Origin: an archaeon GW2011_AR20
Lineage (GTDB): Archaea > Nanobdellota > Nanobdellia > SCGC-AAA011-G17 > GW2011-AR20
Direction of reading: 5' to 3'
Assembly (NCBI GenBank): GCA_000830315.1
Contig: CP010426.1
Coordinates: 588,663-652,662, forward strand
DNA length: 64,000 nt
The translations under genes were made by a program, and so were the position numbers. Below are positions 1 to 9,682 of this stretch, piece after piece. The notes beneath the pieces were generated by a model. The model did not search any database, was not told the DNA's origin, and saw only the letters and a program-made list of their open reading frames with translations. The stretch's first letter is position 1; the number at the start of each line of letters is the position of its first letter.

Positions 1-1216
1 ATATTTATCAGGATTTTATAATACCTTAGAAGATAGGCATGTTTATGCCAAAATATGGTATGATGAAAGCAATGGGATGATTGGAAGAAAAGGCAAGCTT
101 GCTAGGGTAATTTACATGACCAATATAGGAACAATTCCGGACGAGACTTTTATCACAGTTAAAGTCGGGGAGCAGGTTATTGGTTATCTAGACGAAAATT
201 TTTTAGAGAGAATGAAGCACGGGGATGTGTTTAATTTAGGCGGACAAACTTATGAATTTAATTTTTCCCGCGGAATGGTTGCCCAGGCCAAAGCTTCTCC
301 TGGAAGACCTCCAACCATACCAAATTGGGTTTCAGAAATGCTGCCGTTAAGCTTTGATTTAGCCATGGAAATCGGAAAATTTCGCAGATTAATGGAGGAA
401 AAGTTCAAGAATAAAACAAAAAAGGAAATCCTCGAATTCATTGATTCTTATTTATATGTTGATAAAAATGCTTCTTTAGCAATTTATAATTATTTTAACG
501 AGCAGTATTTATATCTAAAGGAAATTCCGAATGACAAGAAGATATTGATTGAGCATTACAATGAAGATAACAAAAAATACGTTATTTTTCATACATTATT
601 CGGGAGAAGGGTAAATGACTGCTTATCCCGCGCTTTAGGGTATGCAATCGGAAAACTGCAGCACAAGGATGTTGAAATTGGAATCAATGACAATGGTTTT
701 TACTTAAGTTATGAGGGAAGCGTTCAGGTTGTCCAGACTTTTAAGTTATTAAAATCTGAAAAAATAAGAGAGCTGTTGGAGAGGGCAATAGAAAACTCTG
801 AAATATTAAAAAGAAGATTTAGGCATTGTGCAACCCGCTCATTAATGATATTAAGGGAATATAAAGGAATGAAGAAAAGAGTTGGAAGACAGCAAGTTTC
901 TTCTATGTTATTAATAAGTGCATTAAAAAGGATAAGCAATGATTTTTCCATCTTAAAAGAAGCTAAAAGAGAAGTTCTTGAGGATTTGATGGATGTTGAA
1001 AATACAACCAAGATATTAAAGAGGATTGAGAATGAGGAAATTAAATTAAAGGAAGTTCATACCACAATACCAAGCCCGTTTGCATTCAATATTGTCTTGC
1101 AGGGTTATCTTGATATATTAAAAATAGAGGATAAAATTAAATTCTTGAGGAATATGCATACCTTGATATTGGCTAAAATCGGGAAGGAGCATGAAATAGA
1201 ATATGAAAATTCATGA
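1..1216 (+). CDS. Lhr-like (Lhr-Core) ATP-dependent helicase, C-terminal part. The 5' end is truncated by the window edge.
   Basis: Frame 2 is open from nt 2 to the stop at 1216, so the gene begins upstream. I know the Lhr-Core + MPE pairing, and here a metallophosphoesterase follows with overlapping stop/start. The C-terminal domain has the character of Lhr winged-helix/domain-4 regions (inference). Confidence 0.55.
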   Translation, partial: YLSGFYNTLEDRHVYAKIWYDESNGMIGRKGKLARVIYMTNIGTIPDETFITVKVGEQVIGYLDENFLERMKHGDVFNLGGQTYEFNFSRGMVAQAKASPGRPPTIPNWVSEMLPLSFDLAMEIGKFRRLMEEKFKNKTKKEILEFIDSYLYVDKNASLAIYNYFNEQYLYLKEIPNDKKILIEHYNEDNKKYVIFHTLFGRRVNDCLSRALGYAIGKLQHKDVEIGINDNGFYLSYEGSVQVVQTFKLLKSEKIRELLERAIENSEILKRRFRHCATRSLMILREYKGMKKRVGRQQVSSMLLISALKRISNDFSILKEAKREVLEDLMDVENTTKILKRIENEEIKLKEVHTTIPSPFAFNIVLQGYLDILKIEDKIKFLRNMHTLILAKIGKEHEIEYENS

Positions 1217-1925
1217 TAATATTGAAATGATTGATTTAGGATTATATTTAAAGAATTATAAGACTTTAATTATTTCAGATTTGCATATTGGTTTAGAGGA
1301 AAGCTTGAATAAAAGAGGGGTTTTAATTCCGAGATTCCAGTTTGAGGATTTTTTGAATAAATTAAAATTAATATTTAATAAGGTTAAGGTTGATAGGGTG
1401 ATATTGAATGGTGATTTAAAGCATGAATTCGGTGAAATTTCCCAGCAAGAACAGAAAAATATATTAAGATTATTTGATTTTTTAAATGATAAAGAAGTTA
1501 TAATCATCAAGGGAAATCATGATCCAATTTTATTTCCAATAGCTGAAAAAAGAAATATGAAATTAGTTGAAAGTTATAATTTAGATGATATAACTATTTT
1601 GCATGGGGATAAGATACTGGTTAATTTGGGTAAAATATTGATTATAGGACATGAACATCCTGCTATCTTATTAAAAAAAGGAATCAGGACGGAAAAATAC
1701 TCCTGTTTTTTGAAAGGGAAATGGAAAAATAAAACATTAATTGTAATACCCTCATTTAATTTATTGACGCATGGAACAGATGTTTTGGATATTCTAAGTG
1801 AAAGATTACTCAGCCCTTTTTTAGATAATATTGATAATTACGAGGTTTTTATAGTAGAACCGAATGAAAAAGAAATATCAAAAACTTTATATTTCGGTAA
1901 AATTAAAGATATAAGGAAACTATGA
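1203..1925 (+). CDS. Calcineurin-like metallophosphoesterase (MPE partner of Lhr)
   Basis: The motifs DLHIG, GDLKHEFG and GNHD are the metallophosphoesterase signature motifs I-III. It is translationally coupled to the upstream helicase. Confidence 0.7.
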   Translation: MKIHDNIEMIDLGLYLKNYKTLIISDLHIGLEESLNKRGVLIPRFQFEDFLNKLKLIFNKVKVDRVILNGDLKHEFGEISQQEQKNILRLFDFLNDKEVIIIKGNHDPILFPIAEKRNMKLVESYNLDDITILHGDKILVNLGKILIIGHEHPAILLKKGIRTEKYSCFLKGKWKNKTLIVIPSFNLLTHGTDVLDILSERLLSPFLDNIDNYEVFIVEPNEKEISKTLYFGKIKDIRKL

Positions 1926-2257
1926 AACAAGTTATTTTAGTAAGAAAAGATTTGAAATTATCTAGGGGAAAGTTGGCTAGTCAATGCTCGCATGCAAGCG
2001 TTGAAGCTGTTTTAAAAAGTGATAAAGAGAAAATAAATGAATGGAGAAAATTTTCCAAGAAAGTCGTATTAAAGGTCAGGGATGAAAAAGAATTGCTTGA
2101 TCTTAAAAAGCTGGCAGATAGAGAGAAATTAGTTACGGCCTTAATAAAGGATGCTGGCAGAACAGAGATTAAACCAGGAACAATAACATGTCTGGCTATT
2201 GGCCCGGACGAAGATAAAAAAATAGACAAAATTACAGGAAAATTAAAAATACTTTAA
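1922..2257 (+). CDS. pth2: Peptidyl-tRNA hydrolase, archaeal type (Pth2)
   Basis: 111 aa, a typical Pth2 length and composition (KLSRGKLASQCSHAS...GPDED). It overlaps the stop of the MPE gene. Confidence 0.8.
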   Translation: MKQVILVRKDLKLSRGKLASQCSHASVEAVLKSDKEKINEWRKFSKKVVLKVRDEKELLDLKKLADREKLVTALIKDAGRTEIKPGTITCLAIGPDEDKKIDKITGKLKIL

Positions 2258-2258
2258 A

Positions 2259-2543
2259 ATGACCCACGAGATATTAGAGAAATTGGAAGAAAGATTAACT
2301 AATTTGGGGGATAAATGCGTTGATGGCAAAGACCATGAATTAGCACCGTTTGTTTATTATGGCAAAAAAAGTGATTTTGAAGATGTTTGCAATAAATGCG
2401 GCGGTTTTAAAATAAATCCAAAAGGCATTTACTCAAACACTGGTTTGCTGCACTATATTGACTCTGATAGATATGAAACTTTGTTAAAATATTCTAATTG
2501 TATAAAAGAAAAAAATGGGATGGATAAAAGAAAAAATCTATAG
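2259..2543 (+). CDS. Hypothetical small protein with a possible zinc ribbon (C-x2-C ... C)
   Basis: 94-aa ORF containing CNKCGG and other Cys residues. No family recognised. Confidence 0.35.
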   Translation: MTHEILEKLEERLTNLGDKCVDGKDHELAPFVYYGKKSDFEDVCNKCGGFKINPKGIYSNTGLLHYIDSDRYETLLKYSNCIKEKNGMDKRKNL

Positions 2544-2943
2544 GTTTTTGGAACTAGACAAGTTTGTTTATGATGAGATATTTATAAGCAGGAGCGTCAT
2601 TTACAGGATAATTGAGTTTGCCAATTCAAATTACCCAAAAGAATTTGTCGCTTTTTTAAAAGGCAAAATTTTAAATAAGAGATTAATAATAAATGACTTG
2701 GTTTATCAGCATTTTAAAGCAGGCTTTCATTCTGCAAGCGTTAACAAGCAATTGCCTCTGGGAAGAGAAATTTTTGGAACAATTCACAGCCATCCGGGCT
2801 ACAGCAATGGGCCGAGTTATCAGGATTTGCTGTTTTTTAATGACAATGGCACCTTACATTTAATTATTTGCAAGCCTTTTAATCTAAATTCAATAAGGGC
2901 TTATAATGCACTAGGAAAGGAGATAAATTTTAAAGTTTATTAA
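2515..2943 (+). CDS. JAMM/MPN+ family metalloprotease
   Basis: A perfect JAMM motif, HSHPGYSNGPSYQD (H-x-H-x7-S-x2-D), with an upstream conserved Glu (EFVAF). Confidence 0.75.
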   Translation: MGWIKEKIYRFLELDKFVYDEIFISRSVIYRIIEFANSNYPKEFVAFLKGKILNKRLIINDLVYQHFKAGFHSASVNKQLPLGREIFGTIHSHPGYSNGPSYQDLLFFNDNGTLHLIICKPFNLNSIRAYNALGKEINFKVY

Positions 2944-2995
2944 AAAACCACGAACGACAGCTTTATAAATATTAAATTTTATCAATCAAAACTTA

Positions 2996-3109
2996 GGACG
3001 ACCATAGTGGCTTGGATACACCCGATCCCATTCGAACTCGGAAGTTAAGCAAGCCTACGTTCCTGGTTGTACTGCACTCGGTTGTGGGAAGCCAGGAAAG
3101 TTGTCCGCC
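2996..3109 (+). rRNA. rrf: 5S ribosomal RNA
   Basis: GC-rich island of about 114 nt containing the conserved 5S core CCCGATCCCATTCGAACTCGGAAGTTAAGC. The terminal helix GGACGAC / GTTGTCC pairs. It lies in an intergenic region. Confidence 0.8.
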
Positions 3110-3138
3110 TTTATTCTTACCTTCCCGATAAATGAGAA

Positions 3139-3164
3139 AGTCACTAATTTAAGTCACTAATTTC
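3139..3164. repeat. Tandem 13-nt direct repeat (AGTCACTAATTT[A/C] x2) just downstream of the 5S rRNA
   Basis: Read directly from the sequence. It lies between the 5S 3' end and the 3' end of the convergent helicase gene, and could be a terminator-region element. Confidence 0.4.
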
Positions 3165-3278
3165 TATGATTTGACCTCCATATCTTTAATTTTCTTAATA
3201 TTATAAAGATATACTTATATTTTAGCTTTAAAATAAATAGTTATTTTTTGCTTTATTTTTAATTACATAAAATTTGTT

Positions 3279-4478
3279 TTATCTAAACCTTCTCCTATGA
3301 AAATCATTTCTTCTCTGTGACCTATTATCTCTTCTGAAATTTCTATTCTCGCTTCTTTCAACCCTGACCATCTGCACTTTGGGAAATTCAGGCAATTTTA
3401 ATTTTTTAACTATTAGGCTTCTGTCCTCCAAAACCCTTCTGAAATTATCATAATCTAATTCGCACAATAAAGAAATAACTTTTCCTTCATTTCCTGCCCT
3501 CGCAGTTCTTCCAATCCTGTGTATGTACTCATTTGAAGTTTTTGGAATATCATAATTAATAATATGAGTTACATTTTTAATATCCAAGCCGCGCGCAGCA
3601 ACATCGCTTGCAATCAAAACATCTGCTTTGCTGCCATGGAACATATCTATGGCCTGCTTTCTTCTGTTTTGGCTCATTCCGCCATGTAATTTTAAAGCTT
3701 TAATCCCGTTCGTGTATAAGTTTTTTGAAAGTATATCAACCATTCTTCTGGTTGCACAAAATATAATTGTTAACCCTTTTTCGTGTTTTAATAAATAAGC
3801 CAACAAAGAAAATTTATCTCTTGAAGGAACATCGTAATAATGCTGCACAAGCTTGCCTTCGTCAACATAAGACTTGACTTTTATCAACTCCGGGTTTTTC
3901 ATATAATTCTTTACAATATGGTGCACCTGGGATGAAATTGTAGCGCTAAAAAGCAGGGTTTGTCTGTTTTGCTTTAAATATGAGATTATTTTTTTTACGT
4001 CATCTATGAAGCCCATTTCAAACATTTTGTCTGCTTCATCCAAGACAAGAATATTAACCTTGTTTAAGATAATTGTTCTTCTCTGAATATGATCAAGAAT
4101 TCTTCCAGGCGTTCCGACAACGATTTCAGTATGTCTTAAACTATCTATCTGCGGATTAATTGAAACACCCCCGTAAACAGAAGTGATATTCATTTTCTTG
4201 TATTTTGAGAATTTATGCATCTCATTTGTAACCTGCACGCATAATTCCCTTGTTGGAACCAGGATTAGAACTTGAATTCCCTGCCCGTGTATTGTTTTTT
4301 CAATTATAGGAAGACCGAACACAGCAGTTTTTCCAGATCCGGTGCGGGACTGTGCAATTACGTCTTTTCCTTCCTGTATTTTTGGAATGCTTTTTTTTTG
4401 AATATCTGTCCATTCGGTAAATCCCAAATCATCTACAGCCTGGGCTATCTCCTGCTGCAAATGTATTCCTGTTATCAT
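3279..4478 (-). CDS. DEAD-box ATP-dependent RNA helicase
   Basis: Q-motif GFxxxTxIQ, Walker A SRTGSGKT, DEAD box (VLDEADKM), SAT, and HRIGRTARAG motif VI. Confidence 0.9.
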   Translation of the reverse strand: MITGIHLQQEIAQAVDDLGFTEWTDIQKKSIPKIQEGKDVIAQSRTGSGKTAVFGLPIIEKTIHGQGIQVLILVPTRELCVQVTNEMHKFSKYKKMNITSVYGGVSINPQIDSLRHTEIVVGTPGRILDHIQRRTIILNKVNILVLDEADKMFEMGFIDDVKKIISYLKQNRQTLLFSATISSQVHHIVKNYMKNPELIKVKSYVDEGKLVQHYYDVPSRDKFSLLAYLLKHEKGLTIIFCATRRMVDILSKNLYTNGIKALKLHGGMSQNRRKQAIDMFHGSKADVLIASDVAARGLDIKNVTHIINYDIPKTSNEYIHRIGRTARAGNEGKVISLLCELDYDNFRRVLEDRSLIVKKLKLPEFPKVQMVRVERSENRNFRRDNRSQRRNDFHRRRFR

Positions 4479-4516
4479 AATATAATTTCAGAAATTTGAT
4501 TTATAAAGCTTTGTTA

Positions 4517-5104
4517 TTATAATTTCTCAATATAACCTCTGCATTTTGAATTAAACAATTTTTCAAGAGTTTCAATGTCATTTTTGCAGTGTTCTTTTAT
4601 TTTTTCTAAATTATTTTCTTTCCACAGCCTTTCAACATCTTTTCCAGTAATCCCTTCATCAATAAATTCAATATTATTTAATTTGGCCAGAACTTTCAGG
4701 TTCGGATTTGTAAAAACATTCTGGGAAAATATGATCATAGTATCAAGATGATTGCTTTTAAGCATATTCCAGTGGTTTAAATTAATCTCCTTGCTTACCC
4801 TGAGGTTATTTATCATGCTTCTTATAATTATAAAAGGAATATCGAATTTGTAGCCATTATGAGTGACAATTACAGAATTGTTTGTTTTCATGAAATCCCA
4901 GAATTGAGTTAAAATCTCTTTCTCATCTCCAGTTAATAGCCTGACTTCATTATTATATTTCAATCCTATGACAATTATTCTGCTATAATGGGGATTTAAG
5001 CTTCTTGCAGCGTCAGTCAATTTTTTATCCATCAGGTATCTCATTATGAATTCGTCATTTATTTCTAATGGTACTGTTTCAATATCCAAAAACAAATATT
5101 CCAT
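4517..5104 (-). CDS. RNase H-fold 3'-5' exonuclease-like protein (DEDD type, PolB-exonuclease-like)
   Basis: The N-terminal FLDIETV acidic motif and a later HNGYKFD motif resemble DEDDy exonuclease motifs I/II. Confidence 0.5.
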   Translation of the reverse strand: MEYLFLDIETVPLEINDEFIMRYLMDKKLTDAARSLNPHYSRIIVIGLKYNNEVRLLTGDEKEILTQFWDFMKTNNSVIVTHNGYKFDIPFIIIRSMINNLRVSKEINLNHWNMLKSNHLDTMIIFSQNVFTNPNLKVLAKLNNIEFIDEGITGKDVERLWKENNLEKIKEHCKNDIETLEKLFNSKCRGYIEKL

Positions 5105-5154
5105 GGCAATATTAATCTAATAAGGTATATAAACCTTACATTATTTCCAGTTCT

Positions 5155-5544
5155 ATGGCTGATAAAACAGAGGAAGTTTGGAAAAAGAAATTAAGCAAGG
5201 AGCAATATCATGTTTTGAGGGAGAAAGGGACTGAAATGCCTTTTACAGGAAAGCTGCTTTTTAATAAAGATAAAGGGGTTTATACTTGTACAGCGTGCGG
5301 AAATGAGATTTTCTCTTCAGATGCAAAATTTGAATCAGGAACAGGCTGGCCCAGTTTCTTTCGCCCGATTTCAAAAGATGCTGTAGAAAAAAAGATAGAT
5401 GCAAGCAATGGAATTATAAGAACAGAGATAATATGCAGGAAATGCAAATCTCATCTCGGGCATGTTTTTGACGACGGTCCAAAACCAACTGGATTAAGAT
5501 ATTGCCTGAATTCTGTTTGTTTAGATTTTAAAAAGAAAAAATGA
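5155..5544 (+). CDS. msrB: Peptide-methionine (R)-S-oxide reductase MsrB
   Basis: Two CxxC pairs (CTAC..., CRKC) and the RYC active-site signature near the C-terminus (GLRYCLNS). 129 aa. Confidence 0.85.
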   Translation: MADKTEEVWKKKLSKEQYHVLREKGTEMPFTGKLLFNKDKGVYTCTACGNEIFSSDAKFESGTGWPSFFRPISKDAVEKKIDASNGIIRTEIICRKCKSHLGHVFDDGPKPTGLRYCLNSVCLDFKKKK

Positions 5545-5639
5545 AAAATACTGAAAAAGCAGGAAAATTTTATCCTGTCGAACATCTAATCTTTTGTAAT
5601 GCTAAAAGGCATTTAAAATAATATTTATATTTCAATCCA

Positions 5640-6218
5640 CTATTTTTTATGAATTTTTCTTCTGGAGAAAGCGTGTCTTTTTTCAACGATGTAATTAAGA
5701 ACTATCGAAGCAGAAGAACTAAGATTCATGCTTTCAATAATTCCATACATGGGAATTTGGATACAGAAATCGCAGGCTTCCAAAGCTTCCTGTGACAAAC
5801 CACGTGTCTCATTGCCGAACCATATCGCCAAATGGTGTTGTGTATACTTTCCCTCAAAAAGAGGAATATTCTTTTTACCTAACGGATGTGGAGATGTTCC
5901 TACATTTATAAATTTCTTTTTAGCCAAGTGTTGCAAGCATTCAGCTGTAGAAGAAAATTTCCTTAAATATAGCCATTTGATTCCAGAGGAACTTAAGCTA
6001 ACTAATTTGGGATTATCGCGCATACTTTGCCAATTTTTTGGAAGTTTTAATCTACCCTCATCAATTAAATACACTTTGCCTACACCTAATGCTTCAGCTG
6101 TTCGAACTATTCCCATCAAATTGTTGATGAATTTAGGTTTTTCAACAACACAAACCAATGTCCTTGATCTAAAAACTGAAGCTTTGTTAGCCCTTTCTCT
6201 TAAAGTTATTCGTGACAT
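5640..6218 (-). CDS. SpoU/TrmH-family RNA 2'-O-methyltransferase
   Basis: C-terminal SpoU motifs (FGNETRGLS, IPMYG.IESMNLSSSASIVLY). GC content is noticeably higher than in neighbouring genes. Confidence 0.8.
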   Translation of the reverse strand: MSRITLRERANKASVFRSRTLVCVVEKPKFINNLMGIVRTAEALGVGKVYLIDEGRLKLPKNWQSMRDNPKLVSLSSSGIKWLYLRKFSSTAECLQHLAKKKFINVGTSPHPLGKKNIPLFEGKYTQHHLAIWFGNETRGLSQEALEACDFCIQIPMYGIIESMNLSSSASIVLNYIVEKRHAFSRRKIHKK

Positions 6219-6285
6219 TTTAATCTCCTTATAATTAATAGCTATATTATTTTATAAATATTTAGTATCTTATTAGAATAAACTA

Positions 6286-6405
6286 TGCTCCGTCCGGGAT
6301 TTGAACCCGGGTCTCGGCCTTTCTTCTCTTTGCTTTATTTTGCTGAAGCTTTTTTTTAAAACTTCCTCGAAAGGGCCGAATCCTTGGCCGCTAGACTAAC
6401 GGAGC
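6286..6405 (-). tRNA. tRNA-Glu (anticodon UUC) with an intron of about 45 nt after position 37
   Basis: Manual fold. Acceptor GCTCCGT/ACGGAGC, anticodon stem CGGCC/GGCCG, loop CTTTCG, T-arm CCGGG-TTCAAAT-CCCGG, discriminator A. Confidence 0.75.
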
Positions 6406-6409
6406 AATG

Positions 6410-6515
6410 TGGGCCTGAGCGGATTTGAACCGCCGACCACGCGTGCTCTTAGCTTACTAATGCACCTGGCATCGTCATATAAGACGCGTGCTCTACCAGG
6501 CTAAGCTACAGGCCC
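6410..6515 (-). tRNA. tRNA-Ile-like with anticodon UAU and an intron of about 32 nt
   Basis: Acceptor GGGCCTG/CAGGCCC, Ile-like D-arm GTAGCTTAGCCTGGTAGAGC, anticodon stem CGCGT/ACGCG, loop CTTATA followed by the intron. The loop nucleotides CTTA pair with TAAG at the intron 3' end, which is a canonical h' helix. It lies 4 nt from tRNA-Glu. Confidence 0.65.
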
Positions 6516-6595
6516 TTGAATAAAAAGCTTTAAGCCAGATATTTAAACCTTACTAAAAAGAAAGATTTTTATTAACATGAAATAGCAATTTATTA

Positions 6596-9136
6596 ATGCA
6601 ATTTTATAAGCTTGATAAAAAAGAGGTATTTAAATTCCTAGATTCTGATGAAGAAGGATTAACGAATCAAGAATCTAACTTAAGATTAGGAAAATATGGC
6701 TTAAATGAATTACAAGCCAAGAAGGAAAACAGGGCATTAAAGATTTTATTTTCCCAATTAAATAGCTTTGTTGTTTATATCTTAATTGCTGCGATGCTTA
6801 TCTCTTTCTTTGTAAGGGAATATTTAGATGGAATTGTTATCTGTGCGATTATAATACTAAACACCCTGCTTGGATTTTTCCAGGAATACAAGGCAGAAAG
6901 GGCAATTCAGGCATTAAAAAAACTTGAAACGAGTAAATGCCTGGTTGTAAGGGATAAAAAGCACATTATGATTGAGAGCAAATTTCTTGTTCCCGGCGAT
7001 ATAATTCTCCTAGAAGAAGGAAATAAAGTTCCAAGTGATTGTTATTTATTAGAGGCTTACGATGTAAAGGCAGACGAGAGCATTTTGACAGGTGAAAGTG
7101 TTCCTGTAAAAAAATTTGCCAATAAAATAGATCATGATGCCCAGATAGCGGACCAGAGCAATATGCTGTTCTCAAGCACCACTGTCGTAAGCGGCAAGGC
7201 AAAAGCAATTGTTGTCAAAACAGCAATGGAAACCGAAGTGGGCAAGATAGCAAATATCATACAGGAGGATAAAGAAAAAGCAACACCTTTGCAGAAGAAA
7301 TTAGCCTCTCTTGGAAAAACTCTTGGTATAGCCGTAATAATTATTGCATTAATAATTTTGTTTACCGGTTTATTGGAAGGGGAAGATTTAGGCAGCATGT
7401 TGTTGATAGCAATAAGCCTGGCTGTTGCGGCTGTTCCAGAAGGACTCCCGGCAGTTGTAACAATTTCCCTTGCTCTTGGCGTGCAAAGAATGGTCAAAAA
7501 AAATGTTTTGGTTAGGAAATTAAGTTCTGTTGAAACTTTAGGAAGCACAACCATAATTTGCTCTGATAAAACAGGAACCCTTACACAAAATAAAATGACG
7601 GTTACGAAAATGTTTTTAGACAATAAAGTTCTTGACATAAGCGAGAATTCAAAGAACAAGGACTTATTGTTGAAAATTATGGTTAACTGCAATGATGCTA
7701 AATTGCCTGATATAGGGGATCCAACTGAATTGGCGTTATTAAGAATAGAACCAAAAACCCCTGTTTATGCAAGAATAGATGAAATCCCGTTTAACTCTGA
7801 AAGAAAGTATATGATAACACACCACAAATTTGATAATAAGGTAATGACGTTTTCTAAATTTGCGCCTGAGAAAATTCTTGAGTTATGCTCTTATATTAAT
7901 GTTAATGGAAAGATAACAAAATTTACCAACGAGAAAAAAGCACATATCCTAAAAATTAACGAGGATTTGGCAAAACAAGCCTTGCGTTTGCTTGGATGTG
8001 CTTATTCCGACGGGAAAAAAACAAAAGATTTGATTTTTGTTGGCTTGGTTGGCATGATTGATCCGCCGAGGCCAGAAATTAAGAATTCTATTGAGATATG
8101 CAAAAGAGCAGGCATAAAATCCGTGATGATAACAGGGGATCATAAGATTACAGCACAGGCCATTGCAAGGCAGATAGGTTTAGATGATAGGGCATTAACC
8201 GGCCAGGAATTAGAAGAACTATCTGATGAAAGGCTTGAGCAGATTGTTAATGACATAAGCATATATGCAAGGGTAAATCCCGAGCATAAAGTCAGGATAT
8301 TAAATGCATTAAAGAAAAAGGGAAACATTGTTGCAATGACCGGAGACGGAATAAATGATGCACCTGCTTTGAAGAAATCAGACATTGGTGTGGCAATAGG
8401 AAGCGGAACAGATGTTGCCAAGGAAGCTTCTGACATGGTCTTGCTGGATAATAATTTTCATTCAATCACATTGGCAGTTGAAGAAGGAAGGGGGATATAT
8501 GACAATATTAAAAGATTTGTCAATTACCTATTATCAAGTAATTTCGGGGAGGTGTTAATTTTATTTGCCGCCATATTGATCGGATTTAAGGATGAACTTG
8601 GGGGAATAGCCCTGCCTCTGGGAGCATTGGAATTATTGTGGATAAATTTGGTTACAGACGGCTTGCCTGCATTGGCTTTGGGCGTTGATGCCATAACAAT
8701 AGAGTTAATGTCAAGAAAGCCAAGAAAGCCGAAGGAAAACATTATTTCAAAGACAATGACGTTTAACATAATTGCAACATCATTAATAATGGCTTTAATT
8801 GTCTTGTTTTTATTTAACAAGTTTTTATCCCAGGGTTTATTAAAGGCGCAGACAATTGCATTTACCACCATCGTGATTTTGGAAATGGCGCGTGTATTAA
8901 TAATACGCAGGGAGTATAAATTAAATTTATTTTCGAATAAATGGTTAATCTTGGCCATAATGAGCTCAATCACCCTCCAGTTGGTTGTGATTTATACGCC
9001 TTTGAACAAAATATTTGAAACAGTTCCATTAACCTTGATTGAATTGGGATATATCGGGGCAGCTGCACTGGCAATGTTTGTTTTTGGTGCAATAGCAAAT
9101 TATATAATAAGAAACTTTACCAAGGAAATGGACTAA
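6596..9136 (+). CDS. P-type cation-transporting ATPase (type IIA, Ca2+-ATPase-like)
   Basis: Phosphorylation motif ICSDKTGTLT, hinge TGDGINDAPAL, TGES motif, and about 10 predicted TM segments. 846 aa. Confidence 0.9.
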   Translation: MQFYKLDKKEVFKFLDSDEEGLTNQESNLRLGKYGLNELQAKKENRALKILFSQLNSFVVYILIAAMLISFFVREYLDGIVICAIIILNTLLGFFQEYKAERAIQALKKLETSKCLVVRDKKHIMIESKFLVPGDIILLEEGNKVPSDCYLLEAYDVKADESILTGESVPVKKFANKIDHDAQIADQSNMLFSSTTVVSGKAKAIVVKTAMETEVGKIANIIQEDKEKATPLQKKLASLGKTLGIAVIIIALIILFTGLLEGEDLGSMLLIAISLAVAAVPEGLPAVVTISLALGVQRMVKKNVLVRKLSSVETLGSTTIICSDKTGTLTQNKMTVTKMFLDNKVLDISENSKNKDLLLKIMVNCNDAKLPDIGDPTELALLRIEPKTPVYARIDEIPFNSERKYMITHHKFDNKVMTFSKFAPEKILELCSYINVNGKITKFTNEKKAHILKINEDLAKQALRLLGCAYSDGKKTKDLIFVGLVGMIDPPRPEIKNSIEICKRAGIKSVMITGDHKITAQAIARQIGLDDRALTGQELEELSDERLEQIVNDISIYARVNPEHKVRILNALKKKGNIVAMTGDGINDAPALKKSDIGVAIGSGTDVAKEASDMVLLDNNFHSITLAVEEGRGIYDNIKRFVNYLLSSNFGEVLILFAAILIGFKDELGGIALPLGALELLWINLVTDGLPALALGVDAITIELMSRKPRKPKENIISKTMTFNIIATSLIMALIVLFLFNKFLSQGLLKAQTIAFTTIVILEMARVLIIRREYKLNLFSNKWLILAIMSSITLQLVVIYTPLNKIFETVPLTLIELGYIGAAALAMFVFGAIANYIIRNFTKEMD

Positions 9137-9137
9137 A

Positions 9138-9569
9138 ATGAAAAAAGTCAATATAATAATATTCTTCTGCATTTTGGCAATGCTTACTTCTTTATATTTG
9201 ATTTATGTTCATTATTCAATCACAAGCTCATTCTGCGATATTTCTAACGCAGTTTCCTGTGACATTGTGAACAAAAGCCCTTATTCTGAATTATTCGGGA
9301 TTCCAGTGTCGTTTTTATCTTTCCTGATGTTTAGTTTTATATTATTAATTTCAGTTTATATTAAACAAGATAGAGAGTTTTCCGGCTTTAACAGGAAAGA
9401 ATTGATAAATATAATATTTTATTTGATGGTTTTCAGTTTATTGTTTGCCCTCTATCTGGTTTATATAGAATTGTTTGTTCTTTATTCAACCTGCATATTA
9501 TGCGTTTTACTTGATATAATAATTATAATTATTTTTATTATGGTAATTAAATTAAGAAAAACAGATTAA
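9138..9569 (+). CDS. Vitamin K epoxide reductase (VKOR) family membrane protein
   Basis: Four-TM protein with a loop Cys pair (FCDISNAVSCD) and a CxxC (CILC) at the start of the last TM. The start lies 2 nt after the ATPase stop. Confidence 0.7.
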   Translation: MKKVNIIIFFCILAMLTSLYLIYVHYSITSSFCDISNAVSCDIVNKSPYSELFGIPVSFLSFLMFSFILLISVYIKQDREFSGFNRKELINIIFYLMVFSLLFALYLVYIELFVLYSTCILCVLLDIIIIIIFIMVIKLRKTD

Positions 9570-9682
9570 TATGTGATAAAAATTAAATTTTTAGTTTTAA
9601 AATAATTTCTTTTTTTACTATTTACTTTATAATAGTTATAATAATCGGTTAGTTTTAAATACTTTAAAATCGCCTTTGTTTT

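Noticed and set aside
4272-4499. 75-aa ORF overlapping the 5' end of the DEAD-box helicase on the opposite strand
   Set aside because: Shadow ORF. The helicase Q-motif and Walker A are encoded here on the minus strand.
5728-6234. 168-aa plus-strand ORF overlapping the SpoU methyltransferase
   Set aside because: It is antisense to a gene with clear SpoU motifs and is retained only because the region is GC-richer, which gives fewer stops.
7132-7692. 186-aa antisense ORF (and several others at 6966, 7949, 8140 and 8524) inside the P-type ATPase gene
   Set aside because: These are shadow ORFs on the opposite strand of a strongly supported 846-aa gene. Their composition is low-complexity and they have no motifs.
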